A stretch of 64,000 nucleotides of DNA from Hormiphora californensis (lineage: Eukaryota > Animalia > Ctenophora): assembly GCA_020137815.1 (NCBI GenBank), contig CM035361.1:434001-498000 (forward strand), in the 5' to 3' direction. The first letter of the stretch is position 1. Each line of letters begins with the position of its first letter. The translations under genes were made by a program, and so were the position numbers. Positions 49,701-62,076 of this stretch are shown in pieces. The notes beneath the pieces are model-generated. The model was not told the DNA's origin and ran no database searches. It was given only the letters and a program-made list of their open reading frames with translations.

Positions 49701-52700
49701 TCTCTCGACACCCTCTCTTTCTCCCTCTGTGCTAATTTGACCCCTACTGTACAGCTTAGTATATCTCTCTCCACCCTCTATTTCTCCCTCTGTGCTAATT
49801 TGACCCCTACAGCTCCAAGAGGAGTTGTCCGCGGAAAGGAGGCGATCTAATGAGCTGGAGCAGAACCTGAACATTCTGAGTAGCAAACATTCTCGTGAGG
49901 TTGAGGAATACCGAGATGAGATATCTGCACTGGAGGAACTTAGGTAAATATCCGGAACCGACCGAATCAGGAAATACTGGTCCCTGATTGGCTGATAACC
50001 AGTCACGTGACGTAAATAACGAGTTCTGATTGGTTGTTTACTTGTTTCGGTCGGTTCCTAGTAAATATCATCTTTCAATCTTCGTCTTCTCATTAGACAA
50101 CTTGTATAGCAAAGCAATTCCCGTCCCATTTCACACTCAATCCTCCTGTCAGGCAGCACCTGGAAAGGGAACTGGAGAATCTACAAAGAGAGGATGTTGA
50201 GGGACTGAAGAGAGATATTTTAGAGAAAGATCAACTCATTGAGGAACTTACTCGGGTCAGCACACTGTTATAATTTAGTATTTTCATAACTATTATTTGC
50301 CAGTATTTGTATTGTATTATATTATTAGGTCAATGTGTATTTGATGTAGTGATGATTAAGTGTTTTTGATTTAAATCAGGAAGGTGAAAAGTTGGCCCAA
50401 TCTTCGTTTAACAGCAACAACAACGTAAAGAAACTGAGACAAAAGGAGAAAGAAGATGAGAAAGTTATACGTGATCAGGTATAAATGCCAACATCTGATC
50501 TTAATTTTGTTCTCTATCATGCATAGCCACGTTCTGTACAGTAACACTCCAAGGTGACCAATTTCCGTATGGAAACTACAAGAAATGGAAACTGTCCTCT
50601 TAGTTCACACAACAATATCTGTAAAAACACCGTTTTTGTGAAATCTGGGACTCGCCCAGGAATGTTCTGATAACACACTTTTAGGGTTCTCGTATTGGCA
50701 TCTTGACAAAGGAAGTTGACACACACAAGAACTCGATAAAGGAGCTAAAGGGAAAGCTGAGTGAGGGAGAGAAAAGTACCACAGAGCTCAGTCAGGTACA
50801 AACAGTGTTTTGATTGAGTCAAGCCCTCAAACTCCACAGAAAAAGGAAGACTGTAATCGGTCTAATTATGTGTTTCTCTACGTAGCCCATAACTAATGTG
50901 TCTCCCCGCCAGGTAGTCAAATCACAAGGTGATGATTTACAAAAGGCTCGGGTGAGGGTTGATGAGGCAGAACAGAGATGTACAGAGCTGAAGTGTAAAT
51001 TGGAGGAGGCGGATAGTAGGATGGCTGCTCTGCAAAGAGACAGCAATGAACTGAGAGCTAAACTTAGCCAGGTCAGCTTAACTAATAAATATATGTGACT
51101 TATATTATGTCGACACTGCAAATTGTTGTGGTTAAGCATTGATCCCGATTGATTTGCAAGTACATTGTTGCCTTTTAATCCCAATCTCCCACACAGGATA
51201 GCCTTAGCGCCAGTTTGAAAGCAAGAGAGGAGGTGCAGAGTGCAGTAGACGAAGTAAAGAAAACAACAGACAGCACTGTCAAACAACTTAGTGGACAGGT
51301 AATCAGAGAATCCCCCCTGAACATTCTTGTTATGTTCTAACCCTCCATTACAAGGAGCGTGGTGTGAGAGGGTCGAGCAAGAGCATCCTGGTAAATCAGG
51401 GGGTCCTGACTAATATCATGTTTACACAGGTGTGTGAGCTAAGAGAGGTGATATCTCGTCTAGAACAACAGGCGGTTTGGAAGGAACAGAGACACAGAGA
51501 TCAGCTGCAGGAACTTCATAATAGACTTGAGGATGCTGATGGTAAATTAGTTAATTAGTAACTAATAACTATTTAATTAGGGTAGCGACTGGCTATTTGA
51601 AGTGGCGGCTAATTTGAAACACCCCTTCTACAGGCCAGCAGGTGCACTAGAATTTGATTTTTAGACATCAGTGGGCTTGGCATGAGTTCTGACTAGCCCA
51701 CTGATGTCTAAAAATCCAAATCTGGTGCACCTGCTGGCCTGTAGAAGGGGTGTTTCAAATTAGCCGCCACTTCAAATAGCCAGTCGCTACCCTACACGAT
51801 TAATTATGTAATTAGTTACTGTATAATCACCAACTCAGTTATCGGCATTATGTTTCAGGTCGTACCCAGGATCTTTCCTCTTCTATCACTGCCTCAACCC
51901 AACCTCTCCTGCGGCAGATTCAGCTACTCAAAGCGACCCACTCATCTCAGGAGGTAATCAGTAGAGTAATTAGGAGGTTGATGATGATATTAATTAGGAT
52001 GTTAACCTACAAGATAACTTACAATGTGACAAATAATTTGTTTATTAACTAACTAACCCAAAACAACTAACTACCCACTCACTAGACTAATTGGAGGGAA
52101 GTAGAGAAGACTCTACTAGAGAGGGTGGAGGATCTACGGACTACTGTAACTACACACGAGCTGGAAAAAAGGGAACTTTCAGATAAGTTACAGGTAAATA
52201 GAAAGAGGTTGCAAGTTATTCGTAAAGAGAAAGTTGAGGGGATATGAAATTGTAAGAGTACAACTGTATCCAATTAGAAATCATTATTCGACTCTAACAT
52301 ACCTTCCTTCCCAGTCGAACAGGAGTAAAGTAGCAGCCCTTCAAGGACAACTGGATAGTGCTAGGGCGGCAAAGAATGAGGGAGAGGTACAAGTTGAGGT
52401 GTTAACTAACCGAGTTCAACAAATATCTGAGGTACACACTGCTTCTCTTCGTCAGTAATGATTCATGTGATTAATCTGACAATATCACAGGAAAGAACGA
52501 AAGAGGGGATAAAAACTGAGAGTTTAAAGAATCAGTACCTTATATCTCTGGAGGAAAGTAGGACAGAGTGTCGACAATTGAGGTAACGGAATTGATGCCG
52601 CTCCTTGATTTCGATCATTACCTTTTACCGTCCCACATTTCAACTGTTCTTCCTTCACTAACCTCCCTCCTTCCTTTAGGGAGGATCTAGCCCACTCCCA

Positions 52701-55521
52701 GTCGCTGCTACGTGACCTGGAGTCCTCTAGATCAGAGATAGATATAGCAAGCAGAAGCAGCACTCCACCCCCTCCCACAGACCAGTCTACTATACTAGAG
52801 AGGTATGCATTATTAGTTTCATCAATTATAAAATCTGTTGAAACTATTTTATCTATTCGACCAACTTGATATTGTTTCAGGTCCCTGTTTGGTAATTCTC
52901 CTGTCTCTACTACCTCCGGTTCTACAACCCCTGCACCGCCCTCTGTTCATCATAACTCTTTTGTTATGGAGAAACTTACCTCTCAACTCAAACAGTCCCA
53001 GGTAAAGACAGTCCCAGGTAAAGACAGTCCCAGGTAAAGATAGTCCCATGTAAAGATAGTCCCAGGTAAAGACAGTCCCAGGTAAAGACAGTCCCAGGTA
53101 AAGACAGTCCCAGGTAAAGACAGTCCCAGGTAAAGATAGTCCCAGGTAAAGATAGTCCCAGGTAAAGACAGTCCCAGGTAAAGATAGTCCCAGGTAAAGA
53201 CAGTCCCAGGTAAAGATAGTCCCAGGTAAAGACAGTCCCAGGTAAAGACAGTCCCAGGTAAAGACAGTCCCAGGTAAAGATAGTCCCAGGTAAAGACAGT
53301 CCCAGGTAAAGACAGTCCCAGGTAAAGACAGTCCCAGGTAAAGATAGTCCCAGGTAAAGACAGTCCCAGGTAAAGATAGTCCCAGGTAAAGACAGTCCCA
53401 GGTAAAGACAGTCCCAGGTAAAGATAGTCCCAGGTAAAGATAGTCCCAGGTAAAGATAGTCCCAGGTAAAGACAGTCCCAGGTAAAGACAGTCCCAGGTA
53501 AAGACAGTCCCAGGTAAAGACAGTCCCAGGTAAAGACAGTCCCAGGTAAAGACAGTCCCAGGTAAAGACAGCCCCAGGTAAAGATAGTCCCAGGTAAAGA
53601 TAGTCCCAGGTAAAGACAGTCCCAGGTAAAGACAGTCCCAGGTAAAGATAGTCCCAGGTAAAGACAGTCCCAGGTAAAGACAGTCCCAGGTAAAGATAGT
53701 CCCAGGTAAAGACAGTCCCAGGTAAAGACAGTCCCAGGTAAAGACAGTCCCAGGTAAAGACAGCCCCAGGTAAAGATAGTCCCAGGTAAAGACAGTCCCA
53801 GGTAAAGACAGTCCCAGGTAAAGATAGTCCCAGGTAAAGATAGTCCCAGGTAAAGACAGTCCCAGGTAAAGACAGTCCCAGGAAATACTAGGTATGCAGT
53901 AGACCACCATAGCAGCGTTTAGTTATAATGTCAATAAACAGTCTATAGTAGGGACGAATCTCTCACAAAAAGAAGTGGTTGACTCACTATTTGGTGAAAA
54001 GCAAATTCCAGTTGTAACCCACCTATTTTGACCCGCTGAACACGATTCCGTCTATAGGTAAGCTCTAAGTAGTGGAGAAAATGCCCAAATCGGCCACGCC
54101 CTTTTACCTGTATTTTCAGCCTGTAGCCAAAAACATAAATCATCTTAGAATAGGAGTAGAGACAAATCTGAGGGCACTAAAGTGATCAGCGCCCTCGCAT
54201 TAGTGGGGGTTAGTGCTGGAATTAAGTCTCTATCTCATCTGGTTAATTAGTTAATTGTATAATTAGGTTTGTGCATAACCGTTTTTTGGCTATATGGCTA
54301 TAGCCACTTAGGAATGGTGTAGAGACTTTTCACTGGCGCCATTTTGTAGGCAATAGCCAAGTTATGGGGGGTCGACGTCGAACTTTTAAGCTCTATCTCC
54401 AACCGTTTAGCCGTTATTTGGCTAAAACGATGCTCAAAATCGGGCTTTCAGCGTTTTTCGCTCATTTTGAGCATCGTTTAAGCCCAATAATGGCGAAACG
54501 GTTGGAGATAGAGCTTAAAAGTTCGACGTCGACCCCCCATAACTTTGCTATTGCCTACAAAATGGCGCCAGTGAAAAGTCTCTACACCATTCCTAAGTGG
54601 CTATAGCCATATAGCCAAAAAACGGTTATGCACAAACCTAATTAACCAATTATCTAATTAACCAGATGAGATAGAGACTTAATTCCAGCACCTACCCCCA
54701 CTAATGCGAGGGCGCTGATCACTTTAGTGCCCTCAGATTTGTCTCTACTCCTATTCTAAGAGGATTTATGTTTTGGCTACAGGCTGAAAATACAGGTAAA
54801 AGGGCGTGGCCGATTTGGGCATTTTCTCCACTACTTAGAGCTTACCTATGGACGGGATCGTGTTCAGCGGGTCAAAATAGGTGGGTTATAACCGGAATTT
54901 GCTTTTCACCAAATAGTGAGTCAAAAAATTAAGATTCGTCCCTACTACTAACTGTCCCCATTCTATCAGAGTGAAATTCCTAAGCCTACAAGAGCAAGTC
55001 CGCAGTTTGTCCCTTTCCAAATCCTCCCTAAGTAGAGAGATGTCTCTTGTTTCTGGGAAATTCACGGAGTTAGAACAACAAGTGACCGATTTGCCGAGAA
55101 TAAAGGGTGAAAATAAGGTAAAGAATATCAAGAAATCAGAAACTTTACCCTGTTGCCTTAAAGAATCAATGATGAGATTAGCAGGGCACCACCCAAATAC
55201 CTGTTGCCTTAAATCAAAACCGACCAACTCTCTCATCCTCTCTTTCAATTTGCTATCACTCTCCCTCTTCTCTTTATGTTTCCCCTATCTCTCTTTCCCT
55301 AGTTTTCACTCCCTCTCCCTTTCTCTCTCTCTTCATGTCCCTATCTCTCTTTACCTCAACCTTTCTCTCCCTCTCAGGAGTTACAAACACGCTATGATAC
55401 TCTACTCCAAATGTATGGAGAGAAAGCAGAAGAAGTTCACGAGTTACAACTTGATCTAACTGACGTTAGAGATGCCTATAAAGCTCAGATCGAGCAACTA
55501 CTTGCTAAAGTTATCAAATGA
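46777..55521 (+). CDS. TMF1: TATA element modulatory factor 1 (golgin), multi-exon
   Basis: N-terminus MSWLKGSIADYAKDALTQAQRSIDRALEI; EGEKLA..VKKLRQK; STQPLLRQI; C-terminus RYDTLLQMYGEKAEEVHELQLDLTDVRDAYKAQIEQLL. Confidence 0.92.
48999..49661. mobile_element. Intronic repeat element with two inverted-repeat pairs
   Basis: CATAAACTCTTGCCA / TGGCAAGAGTTTATG and TATATACCCTGC / GCAGGGTATATA pairs; CCGAGGCGTAGCCGAGG motif; flanked by duplicated CTCGTATTAGATCGATATCTTAGTA. Confidence 0.55.
49952..50060. mobile_element. 109-bp hAT-type MITE, TSD GTAAATAT
   Basis: Reverse-oriented copy of the family; 8-bp direct repeat at 49944-49951 and 50061-50068. Confidence 0.9.
51580..51792. mobile_element. Foldback MITE, TA-flanked, with ~100-bp arms
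   Basis: GGGTAGCGACTGGCTATTTGAAG... / ...CTTCAAATAGCCAGTCGCTACCC. Confidence 0.85.
52993..53882 (+). repeat. 16-bp minisatellite (CAGTCCCAG|GTAAAGA), about 55 copies of a TMF1 exon/intron junction
   Basis: The exon ends ..AAA CAG TCC CAG and the junction itself is the repeat unit. Confidence 0.95.
53946..54947. mobile_element. ~1-kb near-perfect foldback palindrome with a nested palindromic element (about 54261-54642)
   Basis: Arms pair from TAGTAGGGACGAATCT / AGATTCGTCCCTACTA inward to a short loop near 54450. Confidence 0.85.
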
Positions 55522-56273
55522 AGAACTTGCAGAAGGATTTTGTGAATTTTGTGAAGGCCGAAACAATATATAGTTTGAGTTGTTACCACTAGTAATGTTA
55601 TGTTAGTATGTAAGAAGTTTGAAAGTTGCACAGGGAATGAGATGCTTTTTGTTAAAATGTTAAACGGTTTTTTTTGTGTGTTAACTGCTGAATTGTGTAA
55701 CATTATTTTCGCATTGCTTTTGCTCCGATAACACAGCGTGTTTCCAATTGTTCTATTGTCTCTGTCCTATCGACACACTCTCTCGGTCCCCTTGTTGTGT
55801 GTTTAAAGTTGTTACCATGTTGTTGTGTGTGTATCGTTTTTAATGTTGTTGTTCCAACCTCTATACCGATCGAGATGTCTGGTATCGGTGGGCGTTGTGT
55901 ATGAATGTAACGCGCAGACGACGCGCGCTGATTTCTCGGAGGCTATCATATTGTCAGCACCAGTTAAACTTACGTCCCGACCCTCACGTGACTGGATATC
56001 TGATGAGCGTGGGAGAAAACTAACTAAATCAGGATGCAAGGGTATCGTTTGAACTGTTGCCAAGTTCACTGTGTGTTTTCAGGTGTGTTGTCCCTGCCAC
56101 AGAACTGATACAGCTGTAGCAACTAGAGTAAAAGCAGGGGGGTTGCGGTTTATACAATTTTCAGAACAGTGGACCTAGGCCGGGTAGGGCACTGGGCAGC
56201 ACAGTAAGGCATGCCCCTTGGTGCTAGGTAACCAGACCAGTTTGCACGTGCAGCTCCCTGGATCTCCAGGGGT

Positions 56274-56279
56274 ATAAAG
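56274..56279 (+). promoter_or_regulatory. Candidate TATA box
   Basis: GGGTATAAAGG about 80 nt upstream of the ATG at 56357. Confidence 0.4.
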
Positions 56280-56356
56280 GGAAGTACTCAGTTAACAAAC
56301 GCACGTGCGTCAATCTACAACACAGTATTTCCAGTTCTCGCTTTCTCAACGTAACT

Positions 56357-56875
56357 ATGTTTTCATTGAAGAACAAGCTGGCCTTGGCCATTGCTGTGGC
56401 AGGAGCTGCTGCAACAGCGGGGATCCTCTGGTGGATGACGAAAGAGGATCTTGAGGAACACGAGGGCCACGAGGCCGAGGAGGCAACCTTCACCAAGATT
56501 GAAGAAGAAGTGCAGGAGGCGCAGGAAAATAGGCGAGAGGAACAAGAGGAGGAAGAGATTGAGGAGCCAGAGGAGGCCAGGGAGGAGAGTGAGAGAGTGG
56601 AGCCAGAGGAGAGAGAGGAGAGAGAGGAGATAGAGGAGGAGAGAGAGGTAGAGAAGGATAGTTTGGAGGAGGAGGTAGAGAGTTTAATGATATTAGTAGA
56701 GAGGGCAGAGTTAGAGGAGTTAGAGGAGTTAGAGAGAAGAGTGAGTGAGTTGGAGGAGAGAGAGAAGAGTAGAGATAAGAATACGGACCAGAAGAAGAAA
56801 GAAGAGGCGGAGGAACAAATGTTTTCCCCGAGGAATGCCAAAAGTAAAGACGATAGTTTTTATTTTACAATGTAA
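56357..56875 (+). CDS. Glu-rich protein with an N-terminal signal anchor, intronless
   Basis: MFSLKNKLALAIAVAGAAATAGILWWM followed by an E/R-rich helical region; two paralogous copies lie downstream. Confidence 0.65.
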   Translation: MFSLKNKLALAIAVAGAAATAGILWWMTKEDLEEHEGHEAEEATFTKIEEEVQEAQENRREEQEEEEIEEPEEAREESERVEPEEREEREEIEEEREVEKDSLEEEVESLMILVERAELEELEELERRVSELEEREKSRDKNTDQKKKEEAEEQMFSPRNAKSKDDSFYFTM

Positions 56876-57609
56876 TTTTAACTGTTTTTTATCAAATTTT
56901 AAACAACGCTGTTTCAATTCTCCAATAAATTCTCCAATAGGCTATACTGAACAGAACTTGGTCAAAATTTAAACCGTTCAGGGGCTGTCAGGCCAATGCT
57001 CTGACCACAGTTCTCACGCTTATTTGAGAGAAATGAGAATAGGGTCAGGCCAATGTTCAGGGGTCAAAAATTGAATATCTGTCAGGTATCTGTTTTGGGT
57101 CACAATATTCCTTGCCAGCAATGATCCAGAAACTAGGATCCAGAAACACGGGGCCCTATCACAAATTGGATCCCCTGTATTGTAGTGCCACAGAACTGTA
57201 GCACAGCTGGGCACTGTTAGGAAACAGCTGTAGCAACTAAGCGGGTGTGTGGTGATATTCAGGACAGTGGACCCTGCACAGTGCAGTGCACAGGCCCTAA
57301 AAGATAGACCGGGTGTCATGGTAGGACATGCCCCTTGATAGTGATGGTAGTCGTGGGTCAACTTTGCGCATGCAGTTCTGAGTGCGGCAGTAATGATGGA
57401 AATTAAAAAGTTTCAAGATTTATGCACTGTGAAAAAATTTTGATGAAGGAGCAAGTTTTAATTCCGTCATTTCTGCAACAGAGTACTACCCCCGTATGTT
57501 GTATTGCTTTCGTTGTGTATCACAACGGGCCTACTAGTAAAGCGAAATACTCAGTTACCAACCGCACGTGCTCCGTACACACAGTATTTCTCGCTACCTC
57601 AACAATGCA

Positions 57610-58010
57610 ATGTTTACATTGAAGACCAAGCTCGGCTTGACCATTGCCATAGCTGGAGAAGCAACTGCCATTATCTATTCTCTGGTGGAGGAGGAACGAG
57701 GATATCGAGAAACACGATGATGAGGACAAGGCGGAGAAGCGAGCTGAACGGAAGCAGCTCGTTGGCACGTTCCCGGGGAGTCTGTTGTAGTGGATGGCTA
57801 GGAGGTCAGTTGGAATGTCTAGAGGAGGATTCGGGGTCGGAGGAGAAGGAGAGAGAGGAGGACGAGGTGGAGAGTTTGATGAGAAGAGTTGAGAAGGCAG
57901 AGTCTGAGGAGTTAGAGAGAAGAGTGAGTGAGAAGAGTAGAGTCGAAGAGGAGGAGATTGAGACCAAGGACTCCAGGGGAGGAACACCAAACATTTTCCC
58001 CAAGACAAAC
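57610..58010 (+). pseudogene. Paralog 2 of the Glu-rich gene (36-aa ORF 57610-57720; remainder out of frame)
   Basis: MFTLKTKLGLTIAIAGEATAIIYSLVEEERGYRETR*; shares upstream sequence with copy 1. Confidence 0.6.
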
Positions 58011-58062
58011 CGTACGTGCAATCTCCTCCTCCATTTTATCAACAACTGTTTGTTTTCAAGCC

Positions 58063-58623
58063 ATGTTCTCTACTAAATTAAAGCTAGCATTTACTGTTGC
58101 CCTATCTGGAGCAGCAACGGCCATCCTCTATTCTCTGCTGGACGAGGACAACTAAAGAGGAGAACTTCTCCGAGAAGAAGGACCCAGAGAAGAAGGATCA
58201 GGAGAACGAGGAGCCCGCCCTGCCCAACATTGAAAAGGAAGGGGTGCGGGACCTGCCCAACATTGAAATGGAAGGGGTGCCGGAGGAATGTGGATCACAT
58301 TGTGATCGAGAGGAGCCAGAGGAGGCCAAGGAGAAGAGTGAGAGAGAGGAGCCAGAGGAGAGAGAGGAGAGAGAGAGATAGAGGAGAGAGAGGAGGAGAG
58401 AGAGAGGTAGAGAAGGAGAGTTTGGAGGAGGAAGTGGAGAGTTTGATGAGATTAGTTGAGGAGGCAGAGGGAGTGAGTTAGAGGAGTTAGAGAGAAGAGT
58501 AAGTTAGAGATGAGAGAAGAGAAGAGAAGAGAGGAGAATGCGGACAAGAAGAAAGACGATGAACAAACCTTTTCCCCAAGGAATGCCGAGAGGAAAGACG
58601 ATACTTTTTATTTTACATTGTAA
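58063..58623 (+). pseudogene. Paralog 3 of the Glu-rich gene (30-aa ORF 58063-58155; remainder frameshifted)
   Basis: MFSTKLKLAFTVALSGAATAILYSLLDEDN*; 3' part and trailer are nearly identical to copy 1. Confidence 0.6.
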
Positions 58624-59061
58624 TTTTAACTGTTATTTTATCAAATTTTAAACAACGTTGTTTCAATTCTCCAGCAATGCCAAGTACGGATATCCTCAAT
58701 ACTGGACGTAACTAAACGGTTCAGAGGATCTGTCAGGTATCGGGTCACTGCAATATTCCGTGCCAGCAAGGATCCAGACACAGCCACAACCCTGACAGAG
58801 ATTGACCCTCCCCTCCATTGTTACTTAATTGTCCTTAATCTCCCCCCCCCCCCCTCAAAGTATTCCATCATCTGAACAGACCAAATTCAAAAATGAATTG
58901 CATTTTAAAGAAAAACATAATTCCACAATCCACATTCAACCAAGATTAGTAACGGAAACTTCTCAAAATATTTCACACTCTAAACTCGATGATCCATCAA
59001 ATTAAAATCAAATTCAAACCAAGTTCCAATTTTGTTTCAAGTTCACATGATTCCCTCCACC

Positions 59062-61244
59062 TCATATTCCAAGGTTTGATAGTGCTCTGATATCGACTAT
59101 AGGCCCCTTCTCTCTTTCCCTTCCTCTCTCGGGGACTAGAACCGCCTTCGTGCTCCTTGACCGCGCCCTGTGTGTTGGGGAGGGAGTTGTCGAGTATACA
59201 GTCAGTGGAGTTAGGGGGTGGTTAGGGAGGAGTTAGGGTGTTTTGATTTTGTAGTGCTGTAGTTCATTCCACTACTCCCCAATCTAATACCTGTGTTTGT
59301 CGTCTGAACTACTAGGATGGTTCCTGGATGAAGCTGGTTTACATTCACTAAAAGATCTCGTCACCTTCTTTTCTGCTGTATTTGTCTTTACAGGGGTACT
59401 GGGGGTTGCTGGTTCTTCCTCGGCAGGAGGTTCTGGAGTTATCTGGCGGGGTGGGTGTTGGTGTAAAGTACAGAATGTGCTGTTAGTAGAATAATGAAGT
59501 ATTGACCTAGTTAAGCAATGAACTGATTGAACTGCAATGAGAAGTACCTGTTCAACGACATTCTTAACAGAGTCCACAGTGTCACACACAATTCTCATTA
59601 CATCACGTCCATACCCGTACCCGTTAACACATGTCCTGTGTGTTAATCAACAAATAACAACAGAGATATTCAGTGTGGTAAAAAAACCTTGGAACATGAT
59701 GGGGGAGTGAATTGACCCCTTCAATGTTATGTGAGATCAGGAACCGACCGAATCAGGAAATACTGATTGGTTGTTTACCTGTTTCGGTCGGTTTCTGTGT
59801 GAGATGTGTACCTGTCAAGTTGCACAGACCCCAGTGTCTTTCTCAGTTCAGTAAGTTCAGGGGTTACAGCTCCTGAGTTCTGGTTTAGTGCCTCCATTAG
59901 TTCACCTGTAATGTAATATATCTGCATGTGATATAGACGGTGTTGGGAGGGAAGAGTTGCGAGGAGACAACTTACTAAGACAAGACCACACAGATGACAG
60001 TTGAGTTACAGGTGTAGACCTCAGCCCCCGATCCCGTGCTTACCTTGTAGCTCAGAGATTCGTTTGCTTCTTTCCAATACCTCAATCTGTAGACCACACA
60101 ACTGCAGAAATAATAATTTAGATCAAAATACTAATACATAGCTCCAAGTAAGTCTGACGCAGCGATCTGAGAAAACAATAAGGTGTCATACTCATATGCC
60201 ACTCCAAACAGACAGAGGTTCAATGCTAGTTTCTTACTTTGTACTCTTTACTCTTTCTTGGTATAAGATTCCGAAACAATCCCATATCTAAATTGTAGAG
60301 AACTAGAGGTATACAGAGTTACATAATTTAGTTCTTTTTCAAGCTGGCGAAAGAACTTAGTCAATTGACTACTATGTCAAGCTGATCAGTTTTACAGTTC
60401 CTAAACGAACGCTATACAACTTTTAGTTTTATAGACCGTGACAGCTCTAGATCATTGGAATGGTTAGAAAAGGAGAGACAAAGATTATAGAGAGGGATCA
60501 GAAGCGAGGGTTTGAGCAAGGTACAATGTACATAAGGTAGTAAGCCGCACTGATACTGAACTTTCAACACTATATCGATGCTAGTACGATATGGCACTTG
60601 TAGGATATCGAAAAGTACCGGCTGTCACTTCGGAATACACAGGACAAAGCTCAGCACCTGATTGGGTACCTGCGTGGCGCCGCAGCCCCGCTCTGAGGGC
60701 ACTGAAAAGAGTGACGAGAATTCACAACGGGGTCTACAGATGTCAGATAGCTCAACACAGAGAAAGCCAAGAGACCATCCTGTAAAATCTTTGTACACAC
60801 ACAAAGTGCACAACATGCAGAACAAAGGAAATGCCAACCAAAGAATTAAAGGCAGTGGAATAGGAAGAAAGAGAGGGAGAGAGGGGGAGGGGGAAGCTAA
60901 AGGATTAAGACGTTCGCGTTCGAGTAAAGCTGACTGTAGAATTATATATACCTGTGTACCTAAACGAATGCCCCCTTGCGGGGCTCCCTTCCCCTCCCTC
61001 CCCCCCCCCTCTCTCTCCTCTCCCTCCCCTTTTCTCTCCCTTTTTTCTCTCTCTCCTCTTTTTCCTCCTTTTTCTCCTCTCCCCCTCTCTCTTCCTGTTT
61101 CTTCTTCCTCTCTCTTCTCTCTCTTCTCCTCACTGCAGTCCGCATTACAAGAAAAATGGAAACCTAGGTTGAAATGATCCGATGACACAGCACCTCTCGT
61201 TCGATAGAGAAAGAGAAGAATTAATACAGGAAATGAGACATGGA

Positions 61245-61276
<32 letters not shown>

Positions 61277-62076
61277 AAGAGATAGAGAGAGAGTAAGAAA
61301 GAGAGAGTGGAGACTGGGAGAGAGAAAGTACTCAGGCCACACTTTATTACAGTTTATTAACCACCGCATCAGTTTGATCATCAATTTAATGGCTACGCCT
61401 TACATAGTGAAAACTAGAACAACGCAACACTCCCCCATTAAATTTGTTGAAAAGGGGGCAGGGCTCTCAGTGAGTCTCACCCCCTACTCAATAACAAGCT
61501 CCCCCCCCCCCCCCCATAACTCAACTCACTCGTTTTTTAAAGACCAAGTTCGGGTCTGGAGGTGCCCAGGGGTTCGTTATCTCCGTTGAACGGTTGATCT
61601 TTTCCTCAAACTCTCTGCACGTCTGGGGAAGAAGCAGTTTTAGTACTAGAATCACACGCAACCGAACTGTCACAGCATTGGCCTGACCCTATTCTCATTT
61701 CTCTCAAATAAGGCGGAGCGGGTGAGAGCCGAGAACTGTGGTCAGAGCATTGGCCTGACAGCAACCAAAGAGGAGAGTACAGGACACACGAGCTGAGGAC
61801 AAAAAATAAAAGTTGGAAGACTAGACGACGCGTTTTCCTACGTTTAGTTTATGTCCTCAGAATTTCTACCAAGGTAAACATTTTGATGATCTATTTCAAA
61901 GATCATTCATTACCCTTGTAGTTGTGGATAATGGTGATACCCCCCCCCCCCCCCCCCCCCCCCCCCCGTACCAATAAATTGAATAATCGATCGGAAATCG
62001 ATATACCTACCTCATCTCTCAGCAGGATGATGGACCGGTTTAACTCACTGTTGATCACTCGGGATACCACCTCCAT
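59062..62076 (-). CDS. Uncharacterised multi-exon gene
   Basis: GT/AG-bounded exons (phase-compatible in the 3' half): MEVVSRVINSELNRSIILLRDE; TCREFEEKINRS..; IWDCFGILYQERVKSTK; LCGLQIEVLERSKRISELQ; ELMEALNQ..; ..DIRALSNLGI*. Some middle exons are unresolved. Confidence 0.55.
59738..59797. mobile_element. Internally deleted copy of the hAT-type MITE, TSD TGTGAGAT
   Basis: TIRs retained; 8-bp direct repeat at 59730-59737 and 59798-59805. Confidence 0.85.

Noticed and set aside
52849-53910. 353-aa minus-strand ORF
   Set aside because: Antisense reading of the 16-bp donor array inside a TMF1 intron.
54364-54606. 80-aa ORF
   Set aside because: It lies within a palindromic non-autonomous element and has no transposase motifs.
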